The translations under genes were made by a program, and so were the position numbers. Source: a virus (Duplodnaviria > Caudoviricetes). From it: DNA of 64,000 nucleotides. Below are positions 1 through 9,260 of the stretch, one piece after another. Every line of letters begins with the position of its first letter. Positions within the stretch are counted from its first letter, which is position 1. The stretch is from IMG/VR virus record IMGVR_UViG_3300004481_000017, positions 3,924-67,923 of that record, one strand, 5' to 3'. The notes beneath the pieces are model-generated. The model was not told the DNA's origin, searched no databases, and saw nothing but the letters and a program-made list of their open reading frames with translations.

Positions 1-195
1 TACGTGCTCAACTCGGGTGAGCTTGGTGGATTCGCCGGACTCGTGCCGGGGTCCTCCTACTACCTGTCCGAGGCGCCTGGTCAGATCACCAACGTGGCTC
101 CAACCGTCCAGGGAAGCATCGTCCAGGAGGTCGGCTGGGCGCGCAACTCAACCACGCTGGTCATCTGCATCGAACGAGATTTTGTGCTCCTGTGA
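1..195 (+). CDS. Virion structural protein, C-terminal fragment (gene starts before window)
   Basis: Frame is open from base 1. YYLSEAPGQIT..APT..GSIVQEVG resembles the C-terminus of 531..3125. Confidence 0.7.
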   Translation, partial: YVLNSGELGGFAGLVPGSSYYLSEAPGQITNVAPTVQGSIVQEVGWARNSTTLVICIERDFVLL

Positions 196-219
196 GAGCA
201 CCACCCTAGGAGCAAGTCC

Positions 220-438
220 ATGGCGCAGTTCAGGTACCTCGGTGAGCCTCACTTCCCGTTCGTGGAGACGATGGGCAAGAGCGAGAAGTTCAAGATCCCA
301 AAGAAGAATGGGACGGTAGAAGACTTCCCGGCGCCGAATCCAGAAACGGGATGGACCGTTGGCGAAATACTGACCGTGACCGACTCCCATCAGATCCTGG
401 TTCTATCGGTAGATCCCAGGTTCGAGCTAGTTCCCTGA
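220..438 (+). CDS. Hypothetical protein (72 aa)
   Basis: ATG preceded by AGGAG; normal composition; sits in the structural operon. Confidence 0.7.
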   Translation: MAQFRYLGEPHFPFVETMGKSEKFKIPKKNGTVEDFPAPNPETGWTVGEILTVTDSHQILVLSVDPRFELVP

Positions 439-530
439 CCGACCAACCACCACACCGCGCAAACCAAGTTTCGCGCCGATCCCCAAGGAGGTGGGGAGCA
501 AGCGCTCCAAAGACTCAGAGGTAGCAGACC

Positions 531-3125
531 ATGGCAGACTATCGATCACTCGTCATCGTTTCTGGCGTCACTCGGCAGATCGTCAACGGCGACCGCATCA
601 TCGCTCCGTCAGGCGTCGTGTCGGCTGGCGCCGATTTGACCCTGGAAGCGGCGGCCACGTACGCCATCAACGTCGGTACGGCGGTAGCTACTCAGGTCAA
701 CGTCGGAAGCGGAACGGCTCCCGTCAGCGTCGGCGGTCTCCTGTACGCCAACACGATGGACCGTGCGACGGCCGGTGCGCTCACGATCGGCGGCACGAAC
801 GCGACGAGCATTTCCGTCGGCAAGGCCGGCGTGGCCGTCACAGCCGCCGGTGGGATTCTCACGACGAGCGTCGGTCGTTCGAGTGCCGGCACGCTCGCCA
901 TCGGTACCGACGCCAACACGACGGCTATCACGGTCGGAGCCGTCGGTGTCACGACCACCATCGCTGGCGATCTGCAGGTCAACGGTGCCGAGACGATCAT
1001 CGGGCTCACGACCTTCACCGGCGACGCGCAGTTCAACGGGAACGTGGTCTTCGGCAACGCGGTGACGGACACGGTCGCCTTCCAGTCCGTCATCGGCAAC
1101 GGCACCTACAACGATCTCATCTTCCGGGTTGGGAATACCCACACCATCAAGGCAGCGGCTGCGGCAGCTGGAGCGGGCGGCATCGGAAACACGATGCGGT
1201 ATCTCGGCGGCGATGGCGCCGCCGCAGATGCGACGACGCCTGGCGGAGCTGGTGGCTACGCCGACTTCCGAGCTGGCACTGGCGGTGCGGGAAGTGCGGC
1301 ACAGATCGCCGGCATGGGGAACAGCGCTACTCTGAAGGGCGGCGATGCGGGTGTCAACGGCGGGGCTGGCGGAAACTCCGGAGGCAATGCCATTGTCAAC
1401 GGCGGTCTCGGCACCAATGGCACGAACGGTCAGGTCCAGATCGGCTATACGCAGACGTCGCAAATCTACCTCGGTCCGGTCAGCGGGACCGCGACGCCGA
1501 TCACTCAGCAGTCGACCTCGCAGGTCACCTTCAACGGCCAGATGTTCCTTGGTCTCGACGTGACCTTCCCCAATACGGTGGACCACGAAATCAAGGTCAA
1601 CGACACGGCTACGGTCGACACGGACGGCAAGGGGATCTGGATGTACGCGGGCGCCGCCGGTGCCGCGTCGACTGCCAACGCCCTCCCCGGTGGGGCCGTC
1701 GAGCTGACCGGTGGAACGGGTGGGGCCGGAAGCGCGACGTACACGTCTGGCCCCGGTGGCAACGTGAACATCGACGCTGGACCGGCCGGTGCAGCAGCAG
1801 CGGGCGGTGGAAACTACGGCGGGAACGTCATCGTTCGAGGTGGCAACGGAACCGGAACGGTCACTGGCGGCCACGTCTACATGGCCGGTGGCAACGGAAC
1901 GACGGACGGCGAAGTCTGGGTCGGCTACCAGAACACGAGTCTCATCCGCCTCGGCAACACGACGGACAACACTCCCATCTCGCAGCAGGGCACCGGCAAC
2001 GTCACCTTCGTTGGTCCGGTCCTGTGCAACAACAACGTGACCCTCGGTGACGGGACCGCGGACACGGTGACCGTCAACGGAGAGTTTTTCTACTTCTCCA
2101 ACCTAGTGGACCACACCGTGCAGGTCGTGGCCTCGGCTGCAACCGTGGCCGGCAAAGGGATCGGCATCACCGCAGGTAGAGGCGGGGCTGGCTCCGGAGC
2201 GACCCCTGGTGGGGCTGGTGGCGAGTGCAACCTCGGTGGTGCACAAGGAGGTGCCGGGACTGCAACGGGGTTGGCCGGTGCTGGCGGCGCGGCCTCTCTG
2301 GTCGGTGGATGGGCCGGTACTGCTCTTGCTGGAGGCGGCGCGGCCGGCGGCAACGTCACGATCGAGGCAGGAAACTCATCGGGCGCAGTCAAGGGCGCGA
2401 ACGCAATCATCCACGCCGGTTACTCTGGGACAGGCGACAACGGCGACATCGTGCTGGAGTACGCGCACGACGTCACGATCACGTGCAACAACAAGATCAG
2501 CCTCGTCCCGACGAGCCACATCGAGACCGCGGCTGAGTTCCGAACGACATCTCGGATCAGGATCGGTGAATCGTCGACCCCGTCGACCGTGTCCAACAAC
2601 GGCTTCCTCTACACCAAGGACGTTGCAGGCATCGCCGAGCTGTTCTGGAGAGACGACACCAACGTCGAGCTGCAGGTCACGACCAACGGCCAGCTCAACG
2701 TGACCGCCTCGACGAGTTCGCCCAAGGTGGTGTTCACGGGCACGGCCCGAGCGACCATCTCTGCGGGTGCGCCCGTGTGCCTCAACTACGACGGCGCGAA
2801 CAACGGCGTTTTCAACGCGGATGCGAACGGGACGGGCACAGGCACCCAGCGCTGCATCGGCCTCGCGGACGCCGCGACGACGGCAACCAATCCAGCCTAC
2901 GTCGTGACCAATGGTGCGAAGGCGACGGCGGATGCGATCTGGGATGCGGTGCCCGCGACCACGGACGTCGGCAAGCCAGCCTACCTTTCCGAGAACGTCG
3001 GCAAGCTCACGTTGACGGCGCCTTCGACCATCGGCAGCGTCGTTCAGGTGGTTGGCGTCATTTCGGCTGGTGGTACCGGGAACGTCGCGGTCCTCGTTCA
3101 GCCGCAGGCGCCGGTGCTCCTCTAG
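531..3125 (+). CDS. Gly/Ala/Thr-rich fibre/spike-like virion protein (864 aa)
   Basis: SD GAGGT; three Gly-rich repeat blocks; C-terminal module shared with 1..195. Confidence 0.8.
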   Translation: MADYRSLVIVSGVTRQIVNGDRIIAPSGVVSAGADLTLEAAATYAINVGTAVATQVNVGSGTAPVSVGGLLYANTMDRATAGALTIGGTNATSISVGKAGVAVTAAGGILTTSVGRSSAGTLAIGTDANTTAITVGAVGVTTTIAGDLQVNGAETIIGLTTFTGDAQFNGNVVFGNAVTDTVAFQSVIGNGTYNDLIFRVGNTHTIKAAAAAAGAGGIGNTMRYLGGDGAAADATTPGGAGGYADFRAGTGGAGSAAQIAGMGNSATLKGGDAGVNGGAGGNSGGNAIVNGGLGTNGTNGQVQIGYTQTSQIYLGPVSGTATPITQQSTSQVTFNGQMFLGLDVTFPNTVDHEIKVNDTATVDTDGKGIWMYAGAAGAASTANALPGGAVELTGGTGGAGSATYTSGPGGNVNIDAGPAGAAAAGGGNYGGNVIVRGGNGTGTVTGGHVYMAGGNGTTDGEVWVGYQNTSLIRLGNTTDNTPISQQGTGNVTFVGPVLCNNNVTLGDGTADTVTVNGEFFYFSNLVDHTVQVVASAATVAGKGIGITAGRGGAGSGATPGGAGGECNLGGAQGGAGTATGLAGAGGAASLVGGWAGTALAGGGAAGGNVTIEAGNSSGAVKGANAIIHAGYSGTGDNGDIVLEYAHDVTITCNNKISLVPTSHIETAAEFRTTSRIRIGESSTPSTVSNNGFLYTKDVAGIAELFWRDDTNVELQVTTNGQLNVTASTSSPKVVFTGTARATISAGAPVCLNYDGANNGVFNADANGTGTGTQRCIGLADAATTATNPAYVVTNGAKATADAIWDAVPATTDVGKPAYLSENVGKLTLTAPSTIGSVVQVVGVISAGGTGNVAVLVQPQAPVLL

Positions 3126-3146
3126 TAGGAGCGTGACAAGATGACC

Positions 3147-3218
3147 CACGGGGAGGCGCGTCGACCTCCTTCTTCGCGACTCCCCGTGCGGTCTCCTTCT
3201 GAAAGGAGGCAGGAGACC
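3147..3218 (+). promoter_or_regulatory. Two adjacent hairpins; the second pairs the SD of the 3219 gene
   Basis: CACGGGGAG 3147-3155 pairs with CTCCCCGTG 3180-3188; GGTCTCCT 3190-3197 pairs with AGGAGACC 3211-3218. Confidence 0.45.
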
Positions 3219-3584
3219 ATGAAAGCAAAGAAGAGCGGAAACGGAAACGGAGCAGGACGTCCAATCGGTGTCAGCTTGAGCAGTGCACCGGCAGAACATC
3301 CGGTCGGTACGGTCATCCAGATGAGCGAGGAGCAGCGGACGTCGCTCGCCAGCTTGCATGACGAAGTGACCAGGCTCAAGATGCAGCTCGGTGAGCTGAC
3401 CTTTGCGGCGGATGACATCGAGCGCAGACGGAAGGCGTCCGTCGAACAGCTGCGAGAGAAGTCCGGTCAGATGCGATCCACAGCTGATCAGGTCGTCCAG
3501 TCGTTCGGCATCCCAACGAACGATCCGACGGCTGGCATGTGGAACGTCGACTTCATCGGCGGCAAAATCGAGCGGGCATCCTAG
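3219..3584 (+). CDS. Coiled-coil protein, possible fibre assembly chaperone (121 aa)
   Basis: ATG 3219 after AGGAG; heptad-like LHDEVTRLKMQLGEL; follows the fibre gene. Confidence 0.65.
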   Translation: MKAKKSGNGNGAGRPIGVSLSSAPAEHPVGTVIQMSEEQRTSLASLHDEVTRLKMQLGELTFAADDIERRRKASVEQLREKSGQMRSTADQVVQSFGIPTNDPTAGMWNVDFIGGKIERAS

Positions 3585-3614
3585 CGGACGTCGTTCGGGC
3601 CCGAGGGGTAGAAC

Positions 3615-4457
3615 GTGGCTCAAGTACAGCTAATCAAGGTCGGAACGGCTGTCACGCTGACTGGCGCGGCGAGCACGGCTGACTCCGCGCGTCTCTACTC
3701 CATCGGGCTTGGCGTGAACGCTGATACGGCATCGCCCGGGTCGTTGCTACTTGCCGATGCGTCAACGAACAAGGCTCACATCGACCTAACCAACGGCGAT
3801 TCTGTCGCAGTTTCAGCATCGAACCACGGGAAAATTCGTTTTGACTCCGGAGCGAATCTCTTGGAGTTCAGCGAAGACACCGGCGCGTTCATGCCGGTGG
3901 GGACTGCGCGAGGTCCGGTTTCATCGACGGACAAGGGCATCGTCACGTTCAGTGGCACTACCGGTAAGAGCCTGCAGAGCCCCGGACAAAGGTACTACGG
4001 TGGTAGCGCCACCGACCCGTCGAGCCCGACCCCCGCCGACGGCGATATGTACTACAACACGTCGCTGCGCGAGCTGATGACCTACGACGGGGGCCGCTCG
4101 AAGTGGCTCAGCATCGCGCAGATGACGCTCGGTGGCGGGCGGAGTGGCATCACGGCGGCCGGATCGTTCTACCGCGGCTGGGACGGGCTCGCGTACGGAA
4201 CGAACATCGGTCAGCCGGTGCCCAAAGGCACGCTCACCGGTCTCGCCTGGACGAGGACCGACAGTGACTCGGCGACGCTGGAGGTGTTGGTCGGCGGATC
4301 CGTCATCGCCACGTTGCTGAGCACGGCTTCGGGTGGCACCTTCAACTGGGCGGTCAACGCAGACTTCAACGAAGGGCTGATGCAGTTCCGAAACTTGTCC
4401 ACGGGGAACGCGACCTCCGATGTCCAGATCACCGCGGTCATGAAGAGGAGGGTGTAG
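3615..4457 (+). CDS. Putative virion structural protein (280 aa)
   Basis: G/S/T-rich; ADGDMYYNTSLRELMTYDGGRSKW is a typical fibre-type motif. Confidence 0.7.
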   Translation: MAQVQLIKVGTAVTLTGAASTADSARLYSIGLGVNADTASPGSLLLADASTNKAHIDLTNGDSVAVSASNHGKIRFDSGANLLEFSEDTGAFMPVGTARGPVSSTDKGIVTFSGTTGKSLQSPGQRYYGGSATDPSSPTPADGDMYYNTSLRELMTYDGGRSKWLSIAQMTLGGGRSGITAAGSFYRGWDGLAYGTNIGQPVPKGTLTGLAWTRTDSDSATLEVLVGGSVIATLLSTASGGTFNWAVNADFNEGLMQFRNLSTGNATSDVQITAVMKRRV

Positions 4458-4458
4458 C

Positions 4459-6174
4459 ATGGCAACTCCAATCTTCATCGCGTACAACCAGACGGCGAGC
4501 CCTATCGAGCTGACGAAGCTCGCGCTGACCATCCCAGCTTCGAGCGTGGTCACGCTGAGCGACTACAACACGACGGAGGAAATCCAGTCCGATGAGCAGC
4601 TGAAAGCGCTCATCACGGCAGGCACCGTCCTCCTAGGCAATGGGGCCTTCACGCTGAACAAGGATCAGTCGCTCGCCTACTGCTCCTCGCCTGCCTCGAC
4701 CGTCGATGTCGGCGACTTCGTCGACACCTCGTCGTCGAGCGGTGTCATCACGGGTGGCGAGGTGACGGCGACCGGCGGGACGGGCATTAGCGTTGCTGCC
4801 GGAACGGGCCTGTGCGTTCGCGGGGACCCGTACTACGACGCCGTCAAGGTGTCGTGGAGCACGACGCCGTTCACGCTCGGCAGTAGCGGCTACTACTACG
4901 TGTACTACGACTTCTCGGCCGGCGCTCTGGTAGCCATCCCAGCGCCACGTATCGGGGAGGATATTCAGCTTGCGCAGGTGCGAACGGATGGGTCGGCCCT
5001 CAAATTCCTGCACAAGACGCGGACGCCGCTCTATCGCCCGAGCAAGGTGCTCGACGAGTACCTCATCGACACGCGCAAAATCGCCCACGTTTCTGGGACC
5101 CTGGCTAGCGCTGGAACGGCCGGAAGGAAGTTCCAGATCAGCGCTGGCTCCTACTACCGGTCGCTAGACAAAATCGACTATGCGGGCTCGGGCGGCGACG
5201 CCACCTTCAGCTACTGGTACGGGACGAACGGCGCGAGCGAGCAGGCTAGTCAGACCGAAGTCAACATCACGCAGTATGACGTCGCCGGTACGTTGACCTC
5301 GATGACGGCGAGCTACTGGCGAGCCGACAGCTTGCTTATCACGTCAGATGGACGCATCTCGGTCATCTACGGCACCGCCGAGTACGCGACCGAGGCGTTG
5401 GCAGAGGAAGCGCCGTTCGCATCTATCCCTGGGAAGATGAGTTCGACGGCGTGCACCGTAGCCTTGCTGCTCGTGCAGCAGGGGAATGGCATCACCAAGT
5501 TCGTGGACGCTCGTCCCATCGCAAGCGCGGCCGTGGCTGGTGGCACCGGAGTGACGGTACACGGCGCGCTCGATGGGCTCAGCGCCGATGACCACCTGCA
5601 GTACCTGCTCGCTGCTGGAGGGCGTGCCATGTCGGGGAACCTCGACATGGGCGGGCAGAACATCACGAACGTGAACCTCGTGGATGGCGTCGACATCCCG
5701 GCTCACGTCGGAGCTGGTGGGTCGGCTCACGCGGCCGTGACGACGAGCGTCAACGGCTTCATGACGGCCGCCGACAAGACCAAGATGGCCAAGTACCCCG
5801 CCGACATGTGCAACGGTGGGTACGCCTACGCGAACGCAGCGACGACGACGACGTCCACCACAGACGTTGCGATGCCGGACACGGTTGCGGTTCTCGGTGC
5901 TGGTCGGCACATCGTGTGGTTTTCTGGTGATTTGTCCCACAGTACGGCTAGCGCCACCATCGAGGTGTCGATCTATGGCACCGTGTCCGGTCGCCAGCTC
6001 AATAGCGTCAAGCTCTGGCAGCGAGGGGCTAGCCAGGGCAACGTCAAAACTTCGTTCATGTGCATGTCCGTCGTGCCCGGGAACCAGACCGTCCAGGGTT
6101 ACTGGAAGACTAGCGCCGCAACAGCGTCGTGTGAGAATCGCGCCATGCACTTCCTCAAGATCGCAGATCCGTGA
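4459..6174 (+). CDS. Putative tail fibre-like structural protein (571 aa)
   Basis: HGALDGLSADDHLQYL and MSGNLDMGGQNITNV fibre-type motifs; 1 nt after the previous stop. Confidence 0.7.
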   Translation: MATPIFIAYNQTASPIELTKLALTIPASSVVTLSDYNTTEEIQSDEQLKALITAGTVLLGNGAFTLNKDQSLAYCSSPASTVDVGDFVDTSSSSGVITGGEVTATGGTGISVAAGTGLCVRGDPYYDAVKVSWSTTPFTLGSSGYYYVYYDFSAGALVAIPAPRIGEDIQLAQVRTDGSALKFLHKTRTPLYRPSKVLDEYLIDTRKIAHVSGTLASAGTAGRKFQISAGSYYRSLDKIDYAGSGGDATFSYWYGTNGASEQASQTEVNITQYDVAGTLTSMTASYWRADSLLITSDGRISVIYGTAEYATEALAEEAPFASIPGKMSSTACTVALLLVQQGNGITKFVDARPIASAAVAGGTGVTVHGALDGLSADDHLQYLLAAGGRAMSGNLDMGGQNITNVNLVDGVDIPAHVGAGGSAHAAVTTSVNGFMTAADKTKMAKYPADMCNGGYAYANAATTTTSTTDVAMPDTVAVLGAGRHIVWFSGDLSHSTASATIEVSIYGTVSGRQLNSVKLWQRGASQGNVKTSFMCMSVVPGNQTVQGYWKTSAATASCENRAMHFLKIADP

Positions 6175-6204
6175 TGAGCGCTAGTACAAGGGACTTCAAC
6201 CAAC

Positions 6205-7185
6205 ATGGCATCAACGAAGTACACCTACTCGATCTCGACGGACTTCCCGAACCACGCGGTCGCCACGGACCGGCTCACGGTGGAGATCCAGCAGAGTGCC
6301 ATCGTGACGGCGCTCGACTACATCAACACGGTTGGTGACGACTGCGACATCTGGTTCAAGGCCGAGCTGTCGAGCGGCGACCAGACTGTGCTCGACGGCG
6401 TCGTTGCTGCGCACTCCGGGGAGCCCATGGCTCAGCCACCGAGTCCGACGGTCATCACGTCGTCGAACGGCACCCCGGTCGACATCAGCGCGAACCGGAT
6501 GCTGGTCGTCAACTTCCCGGCGGAGTTCGGGTCGAACGCTTGGATCACGGGCCGTGGTGACGACCTCGTCAACGGGCTGCGTGGTCGAGGACCGGCCCTG
6601 CGATTCAGTTTCGCCGATGTCGTGCGAAGCGGCGTACCCGAAGCGAAATACGTCGAGATCGAGTTCATGGAGCACTTCCAGCTCCACGACGGCCACTTCG
6701 ACTGCAAGGACCCACAGAACTGGGATCTCGAAGACGAGTGGGACTTCTGCGCCGTGATGCCTGCGACGACGGTGACGCCAAACCCCGGCAACACGGGCAA
6801 CTGCAACCTCGTCGACCTCGGGGGCTACAACGCCATCATCCCGGCGGCCGGCGATGGCACGCACGACGTGGACCTCGCTACGGCGACGCCCGTGCCGAAG
6901 GTGGGTGGCGGTTGGGACTACAACTACGGCACCGACGTGCTGTCGTTCCCGGCGGATCCGACGGACACCGAGTTTGCCATGCTCGACGTCACCATCATGC
7001 CGCACGTGCAGATCGCCGTGAACGTGCCCTACAGCCCGACGGGCATGTTCGACTTCGATGCGTACGACTGCGTCGACATCTCGAAGCGCTGGAAGCTGCG
7101 GTGCACGGTGCGGAAGTCGTCCGACGGACCGGGCAAGATGGCGGGCTGGATCGTCGGCTTCCGACACGAGAACACGGAGCAGTAG
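6205..7185 (+). CDS. Putative virion structural protein (326 aa)
   Basis: Long ORF, beta-rich acidic sequence, structural operon context. Confidence 0.6.
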   Translation: MASTKYTYSISTDFPNHAVATDRLTVEIQQSAIVTALDYINTVGDDCDIWFKAELSSGDQTVLDGVVAAHSGEPMAQPPSPTVITSSNGTPVDISANRMLVVNFPAEFGSNAWITGRGDDLVNGLRGRGPALRFSFADVVRSGVPEAKYVEIEFMEHFQLHDGHFDCKDPQNWDLEDEWDFCAVMPATTVTPNPGNTGNCNLVDLGGYNAIIPAAGDGTHDVDLATATPVPKVGGGWDYNYGTDVLSFPADPTDTEFAMLDVTIMPHVQIAVNVPYSPTGMFDFDAYDCVDISKRWKLRCTVRKSSDGPGKMAGWIVGFRHENTEQ

Positions 7186-7202
7186 CCAGGGGAGGGAGCA
7201 GC

Positions 7203-8036
7203 GTGCCGATCAACACTCCGACCACGAGCCCAAGGCTCAAGCTGCACTACGGGTGGATCCCCGATCTGGACGATCCGCGCGACATGGAGCTGTCGGCAAG
7301 CCGTATCGGATCGATGGATGGCGTTGTGCGCGATGAGATGGACAACTCGTCGCTCTTCCGGCCCATCTCGAACCAGTCTTCTCACCCATCGTGCCAGTCG
7401 AACGCGACGGCAGACGCATGGGAGTCGGCCGAGATCGTGCAGCGACTGGAGCAAGGCAAGAGCCTAGAAGAGGCGATTGCCGAGACGGCTGACCTGTCGC
7501 GCATGTTCATCTGGTTCAACGCGCGCCAGCTCATGGACCCGCCAGCCGGCTACGACGCGACGAGGGGGTGCTTCAACCGGCTCGCGATGGATGTCATCCA
7601 TCGACACGGCGTGTGCACCGAGAAGACCTGGCCCTACATCGCCGAGAACGCGGCGCGTCGACCGTCCATCAAGTCGTACCGCGAGGCAATCTACCACCGA
7701 AGCGCAGGCTTCTACGCGATCAGTGAGACGAGCGACGCTCGCCACGGTCTGATTCGCCTGGCGCTCGCCAACAAGCACTCGGTCGTATTCGGAACGCACC
7801 TCGGCGAGGAGTGGCGGAGCTACAAGTCGGGCGTGCTCGACATCCCTAGGACCAAGATCATCGCGGGACATGCGATGGTGATCTGCGGCTGGTCGAAGTC
7901 GCGAGGCGCCTACAAGGTGAGAAACTCGCACGGCACCGGCTTCGGTGAAAACGGGAACCTGTGGATGAGCCGCAGGTACATTTGCGACTACGAGAAGACC
8001 CGCTCGCTCTGGGTGCCGACCTACCTGCCGCTCTAG
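7203..8036 (+). CDS. Papain-like C1 cysteine peptidase
   Basis: GTG 7203 after GGAGG; YGWIPD..D.RD, NQSSHPSCQSNA (Gln/Cys), GHAMVICGW (His), VRNSHG.GFGENG (Asn). Confidence 0.9.
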   Translation: MPINTPTTSPRLKLHYGWIPDLDDPRDMELSASRIGSMDGVVRDEMDNSSLFRPISNQSSHPSCQSNATADAWESAEIVQRLEQGKSLEEAIAETADLSRMFIWFNARQLMDPPAGYDATRGCFNRLAMDVIHRHGVCTEKTWPYIAENAARRPSIKSYREAIYHRSAGFYAISETSDARHGLIRLALANKHSVVFGTHLGEEWRSYKSGVLDIPRTKIIAGHAMVICGWSKSRGAYKVRNSHGTGFGENGNLWMSRRYICDYEKTRSLWVPTYLPL

Positions 8037-8045
8037 GAGAACGCC

Positions 8046-8378
8046 ATGCGAACCTTCACCCTCGTTGCGGCGATCGTGTCCACGCTGGTCATCTCGGCGA
8101 CGTGTGGGCCCGACCACGAGGACCCGGCTCCCCACGTGACGCCGGTGCCAGGTGTCGAGCTGTGCGACGAAGCTTGCGCTCGCATGGCCGTCGTAGGGCC
8201 CGATGGCGGCTCTTGCGAGGAAGCAACGCCCGTGGAGCTGCCGGATGGCGGTTCGATGAGCTGCGCCGACTTCTGCGTGTACCAGCACTCGAACGGCGTC
8301 TACTGGAACACCGAGTGCCTGACTGCCATCAACGACTGCTCCGAGATCGAGTCGGTCTGCAACGTGCCGCCACCATGA
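8046..8378 (+). CDS. Cys-rich secreted protein or lipoprotein (110 aa)
   Basis: Hydrophobic signal ending ISATC, then eight further Cys; SD AGGAG. Confidence 0.75.
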   Translation: MRTFTLVAAIVSTLVISATCGPDHEDPAPHVTPVPGVELCDEACARMAVVGPDGGSCEEATPVELPDGGSMSCADFCVYQHSNGVYWNTECLTAINDCSEIESVCNVPPP

Positions 8379-9247
8379 GAGCCCTCGTCCTATCCGGTGG
8401 AGGCTCCCACGGGGCCTATCAGGTTGGGGTGCTCCGCGCCCTCGCCGAGGCCGGCGTCGAGGACTACAAGCTCATTTGCGGCGTCAGCGTCGGCGCCCTG
8501 AACGCCGGCTTCCTCGCGCAGTACCCGCTCGGGGAGTTCGAGCAGGCCGTCAACGACCTCGCGAAGTTCTGGCGAGGTTTGACGACCCGCTCGATCTACA
8601 AGACGCGCTCTTTCGGCATGCTGAGCGCGCTCTGGAGCCCGAGCGTGTTCGACAGCCGTCCGCTCCAGAAGCTCGTGCGAGCCATGTACGACGCGGATCG
8701 GATCGAGCAGAGCGGTAAGCTCCTGCGCATCGGGGCCGTGTGTTGGGAGACCGGCGAGTACCGAGCGGTGAACGAGCAGTCCCATCCGCTCGTCGAGTGG
8801 ATTTTGGCCTCGGCAAGCTACCCGGTGTTCTTCGAGCCCATTCGCATCGAAGGCTTGAACTGGTCGGACGGCGGGCTCCGGAACGTGACTCCCATCGCCG
8901 ACGCGCTGGAGTCTGGCGCCAACGAGGCTGACGTCATCGTTGCCGAAAACACCGAGCGTGTCGGCGCGTGGTCCGGCGACGGAAAGAACGCGATGCCGGC
9001 GTACTTCGAGCGCGGCTTCTCCATCGTGATGAAGGAGCTTGCGCACAACGACTTGCAGGTCGTTGGTCTCTCGAACGAGTACGTCAAGCGCGTGGCGCCC
9101 TACGATAGGTGCAAGGTAAGAGTCGTCGAGCCGAGCGTGGAGCTGGCCGGAGGTTCGCTGACGTTCGATCCGGATGACATCGCGACGAACATGGAGCTTG
9201 GCTACGAGGACGGTCTGCGCTTGGCCGCCACCGCCATGCTCGCGTAG
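8375..9247 (+). CDS. Patatin-like phospholipase
   Basis: ATGA overlap; LSGGGSHG, GVSVG (GxSxG), DGG. Confidence 0.92.
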   Translation: MRALVLSGGGSHGAYQVGVLRALAEAGVEDYKLICGVSVGALNAGFLAQYPLGEFEQAVNDLAKFWRGLTTRSIYKTRSFGMLSALWSPSVFDSRPLQKLVRAMYDADRIEQSGKLLRIGAVCWETGEYRAVNEQSHPLVEWILASASYPVFFEPIRIEGLNWSDGGLRNVTPIADALESGANEADVIVAENTERVGAWSGDGKNAMPAYFERGFSIVMKELAHNDLQVVGLSNEYVKRVAPYDRCKVRVVEPSVELAGGSLTFDPDDIATNMELGYEDGLRLAATAMLA

Positions 9248-9260
9248 ACTTGGTGACGAT

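Noticed and set aside
439-530. Short hairpins upstream of the fibre gene as a riboswitch
   Set aside because: Stems of 4-8 bp are expected at this GC level, and no known aptamer motif is recognisable.
491-2050. 519-aa Arg/His-rich ORF and the antisense ORF 609..1874
   Set aside because: Shadow frames of the Gly-rich 531..3125 gene, typical of high-GC DNA; composition is not protein-like.
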